Positions 21,418-31,203 of a DNA stretch of 64,000 nucleotides are shown here, one piece after another. The position numbers and the translations under genes were made by a program. The stretch comes from Myxococcota bacterium (GTDB lineage: Bacteria > Myxococcota_A > Polyangia > HGW-17), in contig JAHJMN010000048.1 of NCBI GenBank assembly GCA_018821305.1, forward strand, positions 2,575-66,574. The letters are read 5' to 3'. Below the pieces are notes generated by a model, which worked only from the letters and a program-made list of their open reading frames with translations, ran no database searches and was not told the DNA's origin. Each line of letters starts with the position of its first letter. Position 1 is the first letter of the stretch.

Positions 21418-22227
21418 ATGAAAGTTCGCTCTATTATAATTTCCGGCAATGGAACAAACTGTGAAAAAGAATCTGCTGCAGCACTGAATATGGCAGGCGC
21501 TGATTCGACTGATATTATTACAATATGGGAGCTTCTCGAGGGAAAAGCCTCTATCAGCGACTATAATTTTCTTTGCCTCCCGGGTGGTTTTGCTGATGGG
21601 GACAACCTTGGGAGCGCTAAAGCCATGGCTCACCGACTTACCCATGGAAAACCTGGAGCGGGTAAACCTCCATTCCGTGAGCAATTGGATACTTTCATTA
21701 ATAACGGTGGAATAATAGTCGGAATCTGTAATGGTTTTCAGTTACTTGTTAAAATGGGGCTACTTCCATTTCCTCAATCTGGTCAGACAGTTACACTTAC
21801 TCATAATCTCAGTGGTCGCTTTGAGGCCCGGTGGGTTAAGTGCCGGGTTGAAGAAAAATCTCCATGTATTTTTACACGCGGCATTGACATAATTGATCTT
21901 CCAATTCGTCATGGTGAAGGCAGACTATTGTTTGGCGATGAAGAAATAAAGTCCCGTATAGAATCGGAATATCTGATTCCACTTAGATATATTCATCCGG
22001 AAACTCTCATTTCAACGGAAGAATATCCATATAACCCCAACGGAAGCTTTTTCGGAGCCGCAGGTCTTTGTGACGCATCAGGAAGAATTTTCGGACTTAT
22101 GCCCCACCCCGAAGCCTTCAATCATCGCACTAATCATCCTCAATGGACCCGAATTAATCTGCCAGAAGAAGGTCTAGGCATCCGCTTCTTCCGAAACGGC
22201 GTCGAATATCTCAAAAAGAATTTTTAG
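21418..22227 (+). CDS. purQ: phosphoribosylformylglycinamidine synthase, glutaminase subunit
   Basis: GTNCE, PGGFADGD, GICNGFQ, HGEGR, NPNGS, GLMPHPE. Confidence 0.96.
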   Translation: MKVRSIIISGNGTNCEKESAAALNMAGADSTDIITIWELLEGKASISDYNFLCLPGGFADGDNLGSAKAMAHRLTHGKPGAGKPPFREQLDTFINNGGIIVGICNGFQLLVKMGLLPFPQSGQTVTLTHNLSGRFEARWVKCRVEEKSPCIFTRGIDIIDLPIRHGEGRLLFGDEEIKSRIESEYLIPLRYIHPETLISTEEYPYNPNGSFFGAAGLCDASGRIFGLMPHPEAFNHRTNHPQWTRINLPEEGLGIRFFRNGVEYLKKNF

Positions 22228-22768
22228 CTGGACTGCTTCCTGAGTAATAAAACAGTGACTCGGTTTAAAGAAATGCTTCAGGAATGAGCCCCCTGTTTTC
22301 CTGTTACTGCTACTGATTCCCTGTTTCCCTGAAATTTTAAACAGGGACACAGGTAGTCAGGGAAACAGGTAACAGGATCAGGACATAAACATTCAACATC
22401 AAAGCATAATTACAAATGGCAGGATGAAAACAAGTACTTTTCCCGTTTCGATCCATTTATTCCACAAGCGGCTAGTTCGTATCCTGAGTAATACGATATT
22501 GTTGTATTTGGGAAATATTATTCAATAGGGCACTCATCATAATTTGTTTTCTATCTTTTTAACCCGAAAGCGGTCTCAACGGAAAAGTGTTTGAAAAAAG
22601 CCTTGAATTTTTAACCCTTTTCCATTAAACACTCTTCGACTTTCGGTTTTTATGTATTTTCGTGAATATTTCATGTTCTGTACATTTCACAATAACTCCG
22701 AACAGCCCTCGCCTGCATGTCAGGTTATAATTTTATGGTAGTTAAATTCCTAATGGATTGGAAATATT

Positions 22769-23176
22769 ATGGCAGATAAAAAAAAGAAAAGACATCCTCT
22801 GAGAAGCGTTAAACCATCTCCACTGAAAACTAAACCTGTAAAAACTGTAAAGCCTCGAGAGGAAAAGAAAGCTGCTCCTGAGCGAATTGCACTTAAAGCT
22901 CCAACTTTGACTCCTGCAGAGAGACAGAAACTCAAAGCTCAAGCCCACAGCCTTAGTCCAATTGTCATCGTCGGTACTGATGGAATTACTGATGGCGTTA
23001 TCAGTGCAGTAAATGAGGCACTGTTTTCGCACGAACTTATAAAAGTTCGCATGCATGAACCGGAAGAAAAACATGAAATGGCACAGATACTTGCGGATGA
23101 ATCTCTTTCGCAATTAATCGCACTCCGTGGCCACACTGTTATTCTTTGGCGCCCTAACCGGGAAATTTCCTACTGA
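22769..23176 (+). CDS. yhbY: YhbY/CRM-domain RNA-binding protein with basic N-terminal extension
   Basis: LTPAERQKLKAQAHSLSPIVIVG..G, HELIKVR, GHTVILWR. Confidence 0.9.
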   Translation: MADKKKKRHPLRSVKPSPLKTKPVKTVKPREEKKAAPERIALKAPTLTPAERQKLKAQAHSLSPIVIVGTDGITDGVISAVNEALFSHELIKVRMHEPEEKHEMAQILADESLSQLIALRGHTVILWRPNREISY

Positions 23177-23244
23177 ATTGAGCGTGACAAAGTAATTCGC
23201 TTCGCTAAGAAGAAGTTTTTAATCCGAAAAGGAAACGAAGAAAA

Positions 23245-24117
23245 TCAGAGTGGTTTGAGGGGAGTAAGTCTCAAAAGGACGGGAATAACACTCATACTTG
23301 TAACGATAGCAGAATGTGAAATTTCTGTTTTGATAAAAAGAACTTTAAAAGCTCCGCCTCTTATATTCTTCGGAAAGCCGTAAAATGATTTAGGCATTTT
23401 CTTGAGTATTCTTGCCCGTGGGAATTTTTTTGCAAATGATTTACCCTTATCAGCAGTATCCTTCCCAAGAATAATCAATTTGTGAGAAGAAGTTTTCTTT
23501 CCGGAAGTTATAAAGTCTTCCCAGGCTTTCTGCCCTCCATACATTGCGTCAAGTAGAATAATTCGACTTAAAAACCTGTTGTCGACCCAACTGGCAATCG
23601 TGCGGAAAGCACCACTGTGTCCGATGGCTATAGTCGGCCCGGACGGAAGCCTTATATTGGCTTTTTGAATTGATTTCTTTAAAGAAGAGAGACTATCCCA
23701 TACCACAGCTTCATTCATATTCTGGGGAGCTTCCGGGACAACAAACATGGCATTTTGCTTACTATTTTTAAATTGGAGCCCCAATTTGTGATTTTCCCAA
23801 GTTTTATCAGCAGTAGTGTGGTATCCATGGACGTAGATAACCATGCCGGCCCCGCGCTTTCGATTGTAGCCTTTGGGTATCCATACGTGAACAGGGCCCT
23901 TTCCCGGAACTTCTAGACGCCAGTGCCGGCCTCCATAAACATTGCGTTTTTCTACTTTTTTTATCTTCTGAACAGAAACTGGAGCCTTCTTCGTTGGTTT
24001 CTTTTTTTCGTTAGTCGTTGTGACCTTTTTTGAGGAATTTTTTAAGGAATTTTTTGAATTATCCTGAGCTTTAACATTTGTTGAGAGAATAAAAGAAATC
24101 AGCAATAAAATTTTCAT
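23245..24117 (-). CDS. secreted alpha/beta-hydrolase-fold protein
   Basis: Signal peptide; IYVHGY; GHSGA nucleophile elbow; IILLDAMYG. Confidence 0.7.
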   Translation of the reverse strand: MKILLLISFILSTNVKAQDNSKNSLKNSSKKVTTTNEKKKPTKKAPVSVQKIKKVEKRNVYGGRHWRLEVPGKGPVHVWIPKGYNRKRGAGMVIYVHGYHTTADKTWENHKLGLQFKNSKQNAMFVVPEAPQNMNEAVVWDSLSSLKKSIQKANIRLPSGPTIAIGHSGAFRTIASWVDNRFLSRIILLDAMYGGQKAWEDFITSGKKTSSHKLIILGKDTADKGKSFAKKFPRARILKKMPKSFYGFPKNIRGGAFKVLFIKTEISHSAIVTSMSVIPVLLRLTPLKPL

Positions 24118-24256
24118 GGTTGCACTTACGCCTTAATAAACAAAACATTCAAACAAAGGAACTATAAAGTTTATTTCTTTTTTTATCAAAAAACTGCAGT
24201 TTCTAAATTTTCGTCCATGCTCATTGGAAGGATGAGGGGATTTGATGGAAGAATAT

Positions 24257-26158
24257 TTATTGAACGGTAATTACTTTGAGATCAAGACCACCGGGATACA
24301 TATAAGATGTATAATTCGCAAATCCATATACTTCAATTCCAAAATAGGTAGTTCCATCAGATGAGAAAATCTTGTGCGCTCCACCGCTGAGAGGCAGTTC
24401 GATACGCGCGACGCCATAACCGGAGCCAATTTCTTCGAACATATCTTCAGTTATTGGATTACCATCAAGCATAATCAAATCGTTCTGTGGCCCGGGAATA
24501 CGACTGATTACATTCACATAATTTACAGTCATACTGAGCGGTGCCACAAAAGAATATTCATTTCTGAATTGTTCAGTGGGTACTACCAGACCAAATGATG
24601 GATCTCCACTGCTTGATTGCACATCAGTCCAGAATTTCTGACCAACGGTGAATTTGCCAACGGATACAGGGCCAGTAGAATTGAGTTCAAAATGATACCC
24701 CGCCGCTGGTTGAATATCAAAGAATTCTCCGGGCTGAAGCACTCTTGGTTCAGCTCCGGGAAGGTCCCAGGTTACCGTGACCGGGGCATCACCACCCGCC
24801 AGAATCCTTACTACATTGGTCTCGCTCGTGAGAGGTTCTACGGGATGTGTTTGGGCTATGAAAAATCGTTTACCCCAAGTACTTTCGGGCATTAACATTT
24901 CTTCTAGATGATCACACGCCCTGTAATCAAATGGTACAAAACCACAGTTATGCCCAGCGAAAACTCCAACTGGTTTATCAGAAGTAATAATACTTCCAGT
25001 AAAATCATATTGTGGACCAGGATTGCAGTATTCAAAGAGTTCTTCATCAGGGCCAGACAGTTCCGCTGTTTCCAACTGAGCACACTCATCGAAAGTCAAG
25101 TTACTTTTTCCTACAAGTTGAAGAACATCCCCTTTATTGAGAGTAACAGTAACGTTGCCGCCGGGGCCTGTTTCTGGAATTAAACCGGCTCCATCTGCGG
25201 CAATCCAGGCTGTGGTTGAGAAAATCACTGATGTATTATCGTAAGCCGCGACTACAGCAGTAAATCCTGGCTCTGCACTGTAGTTAGTAGTCTGTCTCTT
25301 AATTGCAGTGTTTCCTCTTGTGAGAACACTGTATTTAGTACCAAAAACTGATGCAGGTAATAATAAAGAAGCATCATTGGAGTTTGAAGATATCCCTGAG
25401 TATTCGAAATCATATGGATTAAATTGATAAACGGTGACAGGGTAATCCGTATCAATCCTGTAAGATTGCTCTGGATAGACACCAGAATTAAATGGCCACA
25501 TAGCTCCATCAAACATCCCCATTCTTATATTATTAATATAAGGCAGGAGGAGTATTTCCACGGACATGGGTCTAATTGCAATTTCATGTATAACGGTATC
25601 TGTCGTCACTTTGAGTAAAGTTGTTGCGTCGTTTGAATTGCTAACAGCGATCCCAAAATTATTATTAAAAACCTGCTCAATTCTAGTGTTTAATAATGTC
25701 ACGGCATAGAACTCACAACCCCGATAACTTCTGTCTGAAATTGCTTTTCCACATGCGTTATCGCAGACTGCCAGACCTTTATCCATTATACACCCTTCTC
25801 CTTCCGGGCATTCTTTTCTTACAGAAGTCGTATTTCCAGAGGAATCACAATCATAAATATTACCATCTTCCCCGCAGCCTCCCGATACTGTAGTGCAATT
25901 GAGGCATTGACCAGAATCTTCAACGCAAATAGGAGGCTCATCCCCTGTACCGCAAATCCTGTCATCAACCCAGACCCCTTCAGTGCATGCCTGAAGAAGA
26001 TTTCCCAGACACCGAAACTCACCATTACTGCATTCGGTTATGTTATTGGTATTATTTGAATTATTGCTATTATTGTTATTTGTAGCATTATTAGAGGAAC
26101 TACTCGTGTCATCACAAGCGTTCAAAAAAAAAACTAAAGCTATTAAAGTGATTTTCAT
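24257..26158 (-). CDS. IgGFc-binding-domain lipoprotein with Asn-rich linker
   Basis: NACDD lipobox; poly-Asn linker; GCEFYAV, PVTVYQFNP, SNDASLLLP, DKPVGVFAGH, CDHLEE, SYMYPGG. Confidence 0.88.
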   Translation of the reverse strand: MKITLIALVFFLNACDDTSSSSNNATNNNNSNNSNNTNNITECSNGEFRCLGNLLQACTEGVWVDDRICGTGDEPPICVEDSGQCLNCTTVSGGCGEDGNIYDCDSSGNTTSVRKECPEGEGCIMDKGLAVCDNACGKAISDRSYRGCEFYAVTLLNTRIEQVFNNNFGIAVSNSNDATTLLKVTTDTVIHEIAIRPMSVEILLLPYINNIRMGMFDGAMWPFNSGVYPEQSYRIDTDYPVTVYQFNPYDFEYSGISSNSNDASLLLPASVFGTKYSVLTRGNTAIKRQTTNYSAEPGFTAVVAAYDNTSVIFSTTAWIAADGAGLIPETGPGGNVTVTLNKGDVLQLVGKSNLTFDECAQLETAELSGPDEELFEYCNPGPQYDFTGSIITSDKPVGVFAGHNCGFVPFDYRACDHLEEMLMPESTWGKRFFIAQTHPVEPLTSETNVVRILAGGDAPVTVTWDLPGAEPRVLQPGEFFDIQPAAGYHFELNSTGPVSVGKFTVGQKFWTDVQSSSGDPSFGLVVPTEQFRNEYSFVAPLSMTVNYVNVISRIPGPQNDLIMLDGNPITEDMFEEIGSGYGVARIELPLSGGAHKIFSSDGTTYFGIEVYGFANYTSYMYPGGLDLKVITVQ

Positions 26159-26159
26159 T

Positions 26160-28496
26160 TTATTTTCTCCGGCAGTTTTGGCTCACATCAATAAAATATC
26201 TGTTATATTTCATGGTTTTCCTCAAGTTCAATAGTTTGTCAATACCCAATGGACATCTTTTCGACAATATGGAACGGAGAATATCAATCACATGAACAGG
26301 CGCATTCATTTCAGCAATTTTAATAAAGACTGCATCATCAGATTTGTTACCAAACCTGTCAAGAGCTCTGAGCATTAACGAAAAAGCATAAGACCCGTCA
26401 TCGAATCCTTTTTTCTTATATTGAGCATACATCTTTTCAACTTTATTCAGGATAATGTCTCTGGCCAGGGGATTATTCTGACGAGCAAGACTGTCACCCA
26501 AAAGCGCGAATAAACCAGGATCTTTTTCTTTTTTCATAGCTTTCAGCATTGAGTCTGAAGTATTTTTAAGATTGCAGGTATTTGTAAATGACGTGACAAA
26601 AGTGTAATAATCTCTTTCACCTTTGTCCATAATTGATATGAGCATTTTTTCCAAGTCTGTACTGCATCGGGACCCTGCATGGACAAGTATTGCCTTGCGA
26701 AGTATACTCCAGGAAGAATTGAAAACGCTCATAATCTCCGGCGGTAATTGATTTTCGGGCCAGAAACTTATAGCTGTGAACATAGTTGCAGGATTAAAAT
26801 TCTGGAGTTTTTGTCGAACAAATCCAAGATCATTTAATATAATCAAAGTACGAATGGCTTCTGAACGAAGGGCAGAGTTGTCAAACTCTTTATACAGAGC
26901 TCTGACAGTGGGAATTAAAGCAGGTGACTTGGAATTTCTTGCCGCAAACAACCATCTCAAGATAACTGAAAGCTTTTTAGATTTCATTGTTTTTAAACAC
27001 TCAACACTGGCATCTTTCAACTGTGAATCATTTTTAACCCACTTCCCAATAAGCCAGTAAAGAGCCCCGGATGGCTCAGAACACATTCCCTTGATAAATA
27101 CAGCGCGGTTTTCTCTTCTGATTACTTTTGCGAGGACTTTCCTCGCTTCAAAATCGAGTTTGTCACCATTGCCCAGGAACATTTTTGAAACTTTTTTATC
27201 TGAATCGGGTTTCTGAAGGTAAACCGAAAGAGACCTGAGTCTGTAGTCCAAATCAGATTTCTGATTATTAATAATCTCAAGAAGACCCTTTGAACTGTTA
27301 TTTTTAATTAAAAAGGTTTCAACTGACTGAAGAAATTGACCCTTAGCCCAGCCTAATGCTTTAAGTGCTTCGGCAACGAATATATCGTTTTGCTTTCGGA
27401 AAGCGATTTCAAGAAGAATCTTTCTTAATTTAAAATCAGGATATTCAGAAATAAGGTTTGAGAGTAAAACATCATCTAAACTGAGAAGAAGAGTCTTCAG
27501 ATTTTTTACATGAAGAGTGCCATCATTGTAGGCGCGGATCGCTTCAGCGGGCCATTTGGGGTTGTAATCGAGGGATGTGTATAATGTTACTTCCGAAAGG
27601 GCACCGGCTTTTCCTGCCGTCATATTTTCTACTATAATTGAAACACACGATGCCTTCACATTTTCAGGAAATTTAACTATCCAGGGTTGTTTAAGACTTG
27701 CGGAAGTAATATTCTTCCAGGGAACAGTCACATGAAAAACTTTTTTATCTGCGATAATGTAAAATGACTTTATCCTGGCATCCTTTTTCAGGGCTTCAAG
27801 TGAGCTGTAATTACCAGGAAATATTCGAAGCATACGTAATGGAAATGGGGTTTTCATGGAAGAGAATGTAAAAAAAGAATTTTTCCTTAGATTGCCTCGC
27901 CATACGGAAACAGCATTATTATCTGTCAGGCGAAGGGGAGAGGCTGTTTCTTCACCTTCTTTAATATCACCACTGGCAATATCTGCTTTCCATTTAATTA
28001 AGGGGCTTGCTTTTATATTAAGAGCCGGCCCTTCCTGTGCTTTAATTCTTGCAGCGGATGCCGGGAGCGTAAAAGAAACCTCGCGGGAAGGTAAAAAAGT
28101 ACCGGTTTTTCCATCCCATTTTAGAAGACGGTTTTTAGTACTCAGTCCACCACACAACATACTGCCATCATCATTTCGAAATATTGAAAGACTGCTGGAA
28201 TCGTAAGAAAGTCCCTCTTCTTCAGCCATTTCCCCACTTTCATGAATAGCTTTGGAAAGTTTCAGGGGCCCTGGACTGTAGTAGAAAAACCAAGCGATAC
28301 CGTTTCCGGATATATAAAGTAGCTTCTGTGCGGGATTGTAATTACATTTCTGAATACTTGATAAACGAGCCGGAGCTTTCCCTTTTTTCAGTACCGTTTT
28401 GCCTATCATTAATCTTACCTCGCCCGCCTCAACGTTTGCAAGCCATTTTCCATTGCAAGGTGTAGCAGTCAAAAGTATTGCAAAAAGAATGTTCAT
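26160..28496 (-). CDS. secreted protein with discoidin/NADase-type glycan-binding-like domain and HEAT-like repeats
   Basis: LTDNNAVSVW...LRIFPG...RIK segment followed by a long helical repeat region (e.g. LRSEAIRTL). Confidence 0.55.
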   Translation of the reverse strand: MNILFAILLTATPCNGKWLANVEAGEVRLMIGKTVLKKGKAPARLSSIQKCNYNPAQKLLYISGNGIAWFFYYSPGPLKLSKAIHESGEMAEEEGLSYDSSSLSIFRNDDGSMLCGGLSTKNRLLKWDGKTGTFLPSREVSFTLPASAARIKAQEGPALNIKASPLIKWKADIASGDIKEGEETASPLRLTDNNAVSVWRGNLRKNSFFTFSSMKTPFPLRMLRIFPGNYSSLEALKKDARIKSFYIIADKKVFHVTVPWKNITSASLKQPWIVKFPENVKASCVSIIVENMTAGKAGALSEVTLYTSLDYNPKWPAEAIRAYNDGTLHVKNLKTLLLSLDDVLLSNLISEYPDFKLRKILLEIAFRKQNDIFVAEALKALGWAKGQFLQSVETFLIKNNSSKGLLEIINNQKSDLDYRLRSLSVYLQKPDSDKKVSKMFLGNGDKLDFEARKVLAKVIRRENRAVFIKGMCSEPSGALYWLIGKWVKNDSQLKDASVECLKTMKSKKLSVILRWLFAARNSKSPALIPTVRALYKEFDNSALRSEAIRTLIILNDLGFVRQKLQNFNPATMFTAISFWPENQLPPEIMSVFNSSWSILRKAILVHAGSRCSTDLEKMLISIMDKGERDYYTFVTSFTNTCNLKNTSDSMLKAMKKEKDPGLFALLGDSLARQNNPLARDIILNKVEKMYAQYKKKGFDDGSYAFSLMLRALDRFGNKSDDAVFIKIAEMNAPVHVIDILRSILSKRCPLGIDKLLNLRKTMKYNRYFIDVSQNCRRK

Positions 28497-29767
28497 CCGG
28501 ATTTCTCCTTGTGGTATTTTTCAAAGTACAATTTTAACATGGTGGCAGCCACAAAAATACTTTTCGTTCGCCATTTCGCTGGGTTAATAAGTGCCACAGC
28601 AAATACAACTTCAGGCTTATCCGCTGGGGCATATCCTGTAAACCAAGAATATTCGAGATATTCAGGCTCTGTCCGAGCCAGGGTTCCTGTCTTCCCTGCG
28701 CAAGTAAAGTTATATCTCGCTTCATCTACTTTATAAAATGCGTCCCTTGCAGTACCTGAAGTAACTGTAAGTTCCAGCATTTTCCTGAGACTTGCTGCCT
28801 GTGTAGATGAAATTACCCTTCCCTGCGGCGTTCCTTCAGGTTTATGAGAAAATAGAATTTTATTTTCTGATGATTTTACAGACTCAACGAGCCAGGGAGA
28901 AACAGGAATACCATCATTTCCCGCGATGCTCATCATCCAGGCTCCGTGAAATGGACTGAGAGTAACCTCCCCGAATCCAGCAGCGGTGAAGGCAACTGCG
29001 TTTTCATCACGGGCAAGGATCTTTATCCTGCTCTTTTCAACAGGAAGAATAAAATTGAAATCCATGTGAAATCCCCACGATGAAGCGTGATAAAGTAACG
29101 ATTTTCTTGTAAGATATCGTTTACCCAATCTGGCAAATACAACGTTGGCACTTTGTGCTAAGGCCATGGGAAGATTTACACATTTATTATCTTTAGCTGG
29201 ATTCTCAACCAGAAGTTTGGAAGTCAGGCGATGGGAACCGCCATGATAACACCAGGTGTCAGTAACATTCACAGCTCCTGTTGAAAGAAGGGCACTTGCA
29301 CTAACAACTTTAAAAACACTTGCACCGGGTGCCCAGGCCTTTGTTATCAATTCCAAATCAGTCAGTCTTTTATCTTTTTCAGATCGCCCCTTAAAAACCA
29401 GAATTCGGCCATCCTTGATTGAGTACATAAAAACTGCTGCCCAAGGTATTTTAAAGTGAGATAAAATAGAATCTGCTTTTTGCTGCAACCAGGGATCAAT
29501 TGAATATCGAATTATTGTTCCATTATCCAGAACCTGCTCAAACACGCCATTTCGTTCACGGGCCGCCGTTGTATTTATATACTTTTTCCAAACAAAGGGT
29601 TTAAGCTCTGGTGTGTCCATAGTCTTGAGATTGATGCTCTGAAGAGTTGTTTCGTCTGAAGCTCCCTTTTTTCGATTCAGAACAAAGAGCCAGATAATTA
29701 ACAGAGAGAAAATGATGATGAACAGAATCATGGGTGCGACTATATAAAATGATTTTCTGCCCGTCAT
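28493..29767 (-). CDS. penicillin-binding protein, transpeptidase domain only
   Basis: N-terminal TM; SVFK (SxxK), SAN (SxN), KTG. ATG 29767 lies next to the upstream stop; ORF track starts at 29803. Confidence 0.9.
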   Translation of the reverse strand: MTGRKSFYIVAPMILFIIIFSLLIIWLFVLNRKKGASDETTLQSINLKTMDTPELKPFVWKKYINTTAARERNGVFEQVLDNGTIIRYSIDPWLQQKADSILSHFKIPWAAVFMYSIKDGRILVFKGRSEKDKRLTDLELITKAWAPGASVFKVVSASALLSTGAVNVTDTWCYHGGSHRLTSKLLVENPAKDNKCVNLPMALAQSANVVFARLGKRYLTRKSLLYHASSWGFHMDFNFILPVEKSRIKILARDENAVAFTAAGFGEVTLSPFHGAWMMSIAGNDGIPVSPWLVESVKSSENKILFSHKPEGTPQGRVISSTQAASLRKMLELTVTSGTARDAFYKVDEARYNFTCAGKTGTLARTEPEYLEYSWFTGYAPADKPEVVFAVALINPAKWRTKSIFVAATMLKLYFEKYHKEKSG

Positions 29768-29768
29768 C

Positions 29769-31193
29769 CTAGCCCTGCCATTTTGCATTCTGTAGATACT
29801 CAAGATTATGCTTTTTCATGCGATAGTACAGTGTTGTGCGATTGATTCCAAGCTTTCTGGCAGTTTGAGCCATGTTTCCACGACATTCTTCAACAGCTCT
29901 AATTATCCTGGATTTTTCCGTTTCGTTGATTTCTGAATCCAGGGCGAGGGTCGTTCGGGAAGTAGATATTGCAGGCATTTCAAACCCTGGACCGAACCGA
30001 AGATCTTTCATGGAGAGAATTCCGTCAGTTGAAAGAATCATTGCTCGTTCAATCAGGTTTTCAAGTTCACGCACATTCCCCGGCCAATCATATGAGTCCA
30101 ACGCTCGGAAGAATTCCTGTTCAACCTTGCGCACTAGTTTGCCTGTTACTGTTGAATATTTTTCTACAAAATGATTCACCAATTCTCTGATGTCGTCTCT
30201 TCGCTCTCGTAAAGGGGGCAACTCGAGGGGAAATACGTTCAATCTATAGTAGAGGTCCTGCCGGAAAAGACCTTTTGAAACTAAATCTTCCAAATTTTTA
30301 TGAGTTGCGCTAATGAGTCTTACATCAACCTTAATAGTTTCTTCCCCGCCTACCCTCTCAAATTCTCTTTCCTGTAGCACCCGGAGGAGTTTAACCTGAA
30401 TATCCATCGGCAAATCGCCTACTTCATCTAGAAACAACGTACCGCGGTCCGCCATTTCAAAACGACCCATTCGTCGGGAAACAGCACCGGTAAATGCACC
30501 GCGCTCGTGACCAAAAAGCTCGGATTCGAGGATCCCACTGGCAAGTGCAGCACAGTTAACCCGCACAAAAGGATCCGCAGCCCGATTTGAGTTCAAGTGT
30601 ATCGCATGGGCTATCAATTCCTTGCCCGTACCTGTTTCGCCGCGAAGTAAAACCGTTGAACTCGTAGGAGCTACTTTTTCTATGTTATCAAGGACTTTAA
30701 GTAGTGATTTTGATGACCCTATGATGTTGCCGAAATCATACTGGGCATGAACCTGATTATCAAGATAGTGCGTATATTCAGAAAGTTTTCTTTCAAGTTC
30801 CTGATTTTTCCTTTTCAGATGCCACACTTCAATCGCTTGTGTTATGGCCGCTTTAAGTTCTTCAGAATTGAAAGGCTTTGTCAAAAAACGATAAACACTG
30901 CCGAGTCGGATAGCATCTATCAGAACATCGGGATCGCGATATGCAGTAAGAATAATTCCCAGAGTTTCGGCCTTTATCTCTTTAACTCGCGCAAGAAAAT
31001 CCAAGCCGGTCATTTTGGGCATTCGTTGATCTGTGATTACCACAGCAAAATCTTTTTTTTCAACAAGGGAAAGGGCTTCTTCTCCACTGGAAGCAGTGTG
31101 AATATTGAAGATACGTCGATAGTTAAACCGGAAAACGTCCAGATTGTCTTCTTCATCGTCCACATAGAGAACAGGGAACTCTTTTAAATCCAA
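29769..31193 (-). CDS. sigma54-dependent response regulator (NtrC family)
   Basis: Receiver (VDDE, TDQRMP); GETGTGKE; ESELFGHERGAFTGA; FRQDLYYRLNV; Fis-type HTH. Confidence 0.96.
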   Translation of the reverse strand: MDLKEFPVLYVDDEEDNLDVFRFNYRRIFNIHTASSGEEALSLVEKKDFAVVITDQRMPKMTGLDFLARVKEIKAETLGIILTAYRDPDVLIDAIRLGSVYRFLTKPFNSEELKAAITQAIEVWHLKRKNQELERKLSEYTHYLDNQVHAQYDFGNIIGSSKSLLKVLDNIEKVAPTSSTVLLRGETGTGKELIAHAIHLNSNRAADPFVRVNCAALASGILESELFGHERGAFTGAVSRRMGRFEMADRGTLFLDEVGDLPMDIQVKLLRVLQEREFERVGGEETIKVDVRLISATHKNLEDLVSKGLFRQDLYYRLNVFPLELPPLRERRDDIRELVNHFVEKYSTVTGKLVRKVEQEFFRALDSYDWPGNVRELENLIERAMILSTDGILSMKDLRFGPGFEMPAISTSRTTLALDSEINETEKSRIIRAVEECRGNMAQTARKLGINRTTLYYRMKKHNLEYLQNAKWQG

Positions 31194-31203
31194 TTACAAA
31201 CTC

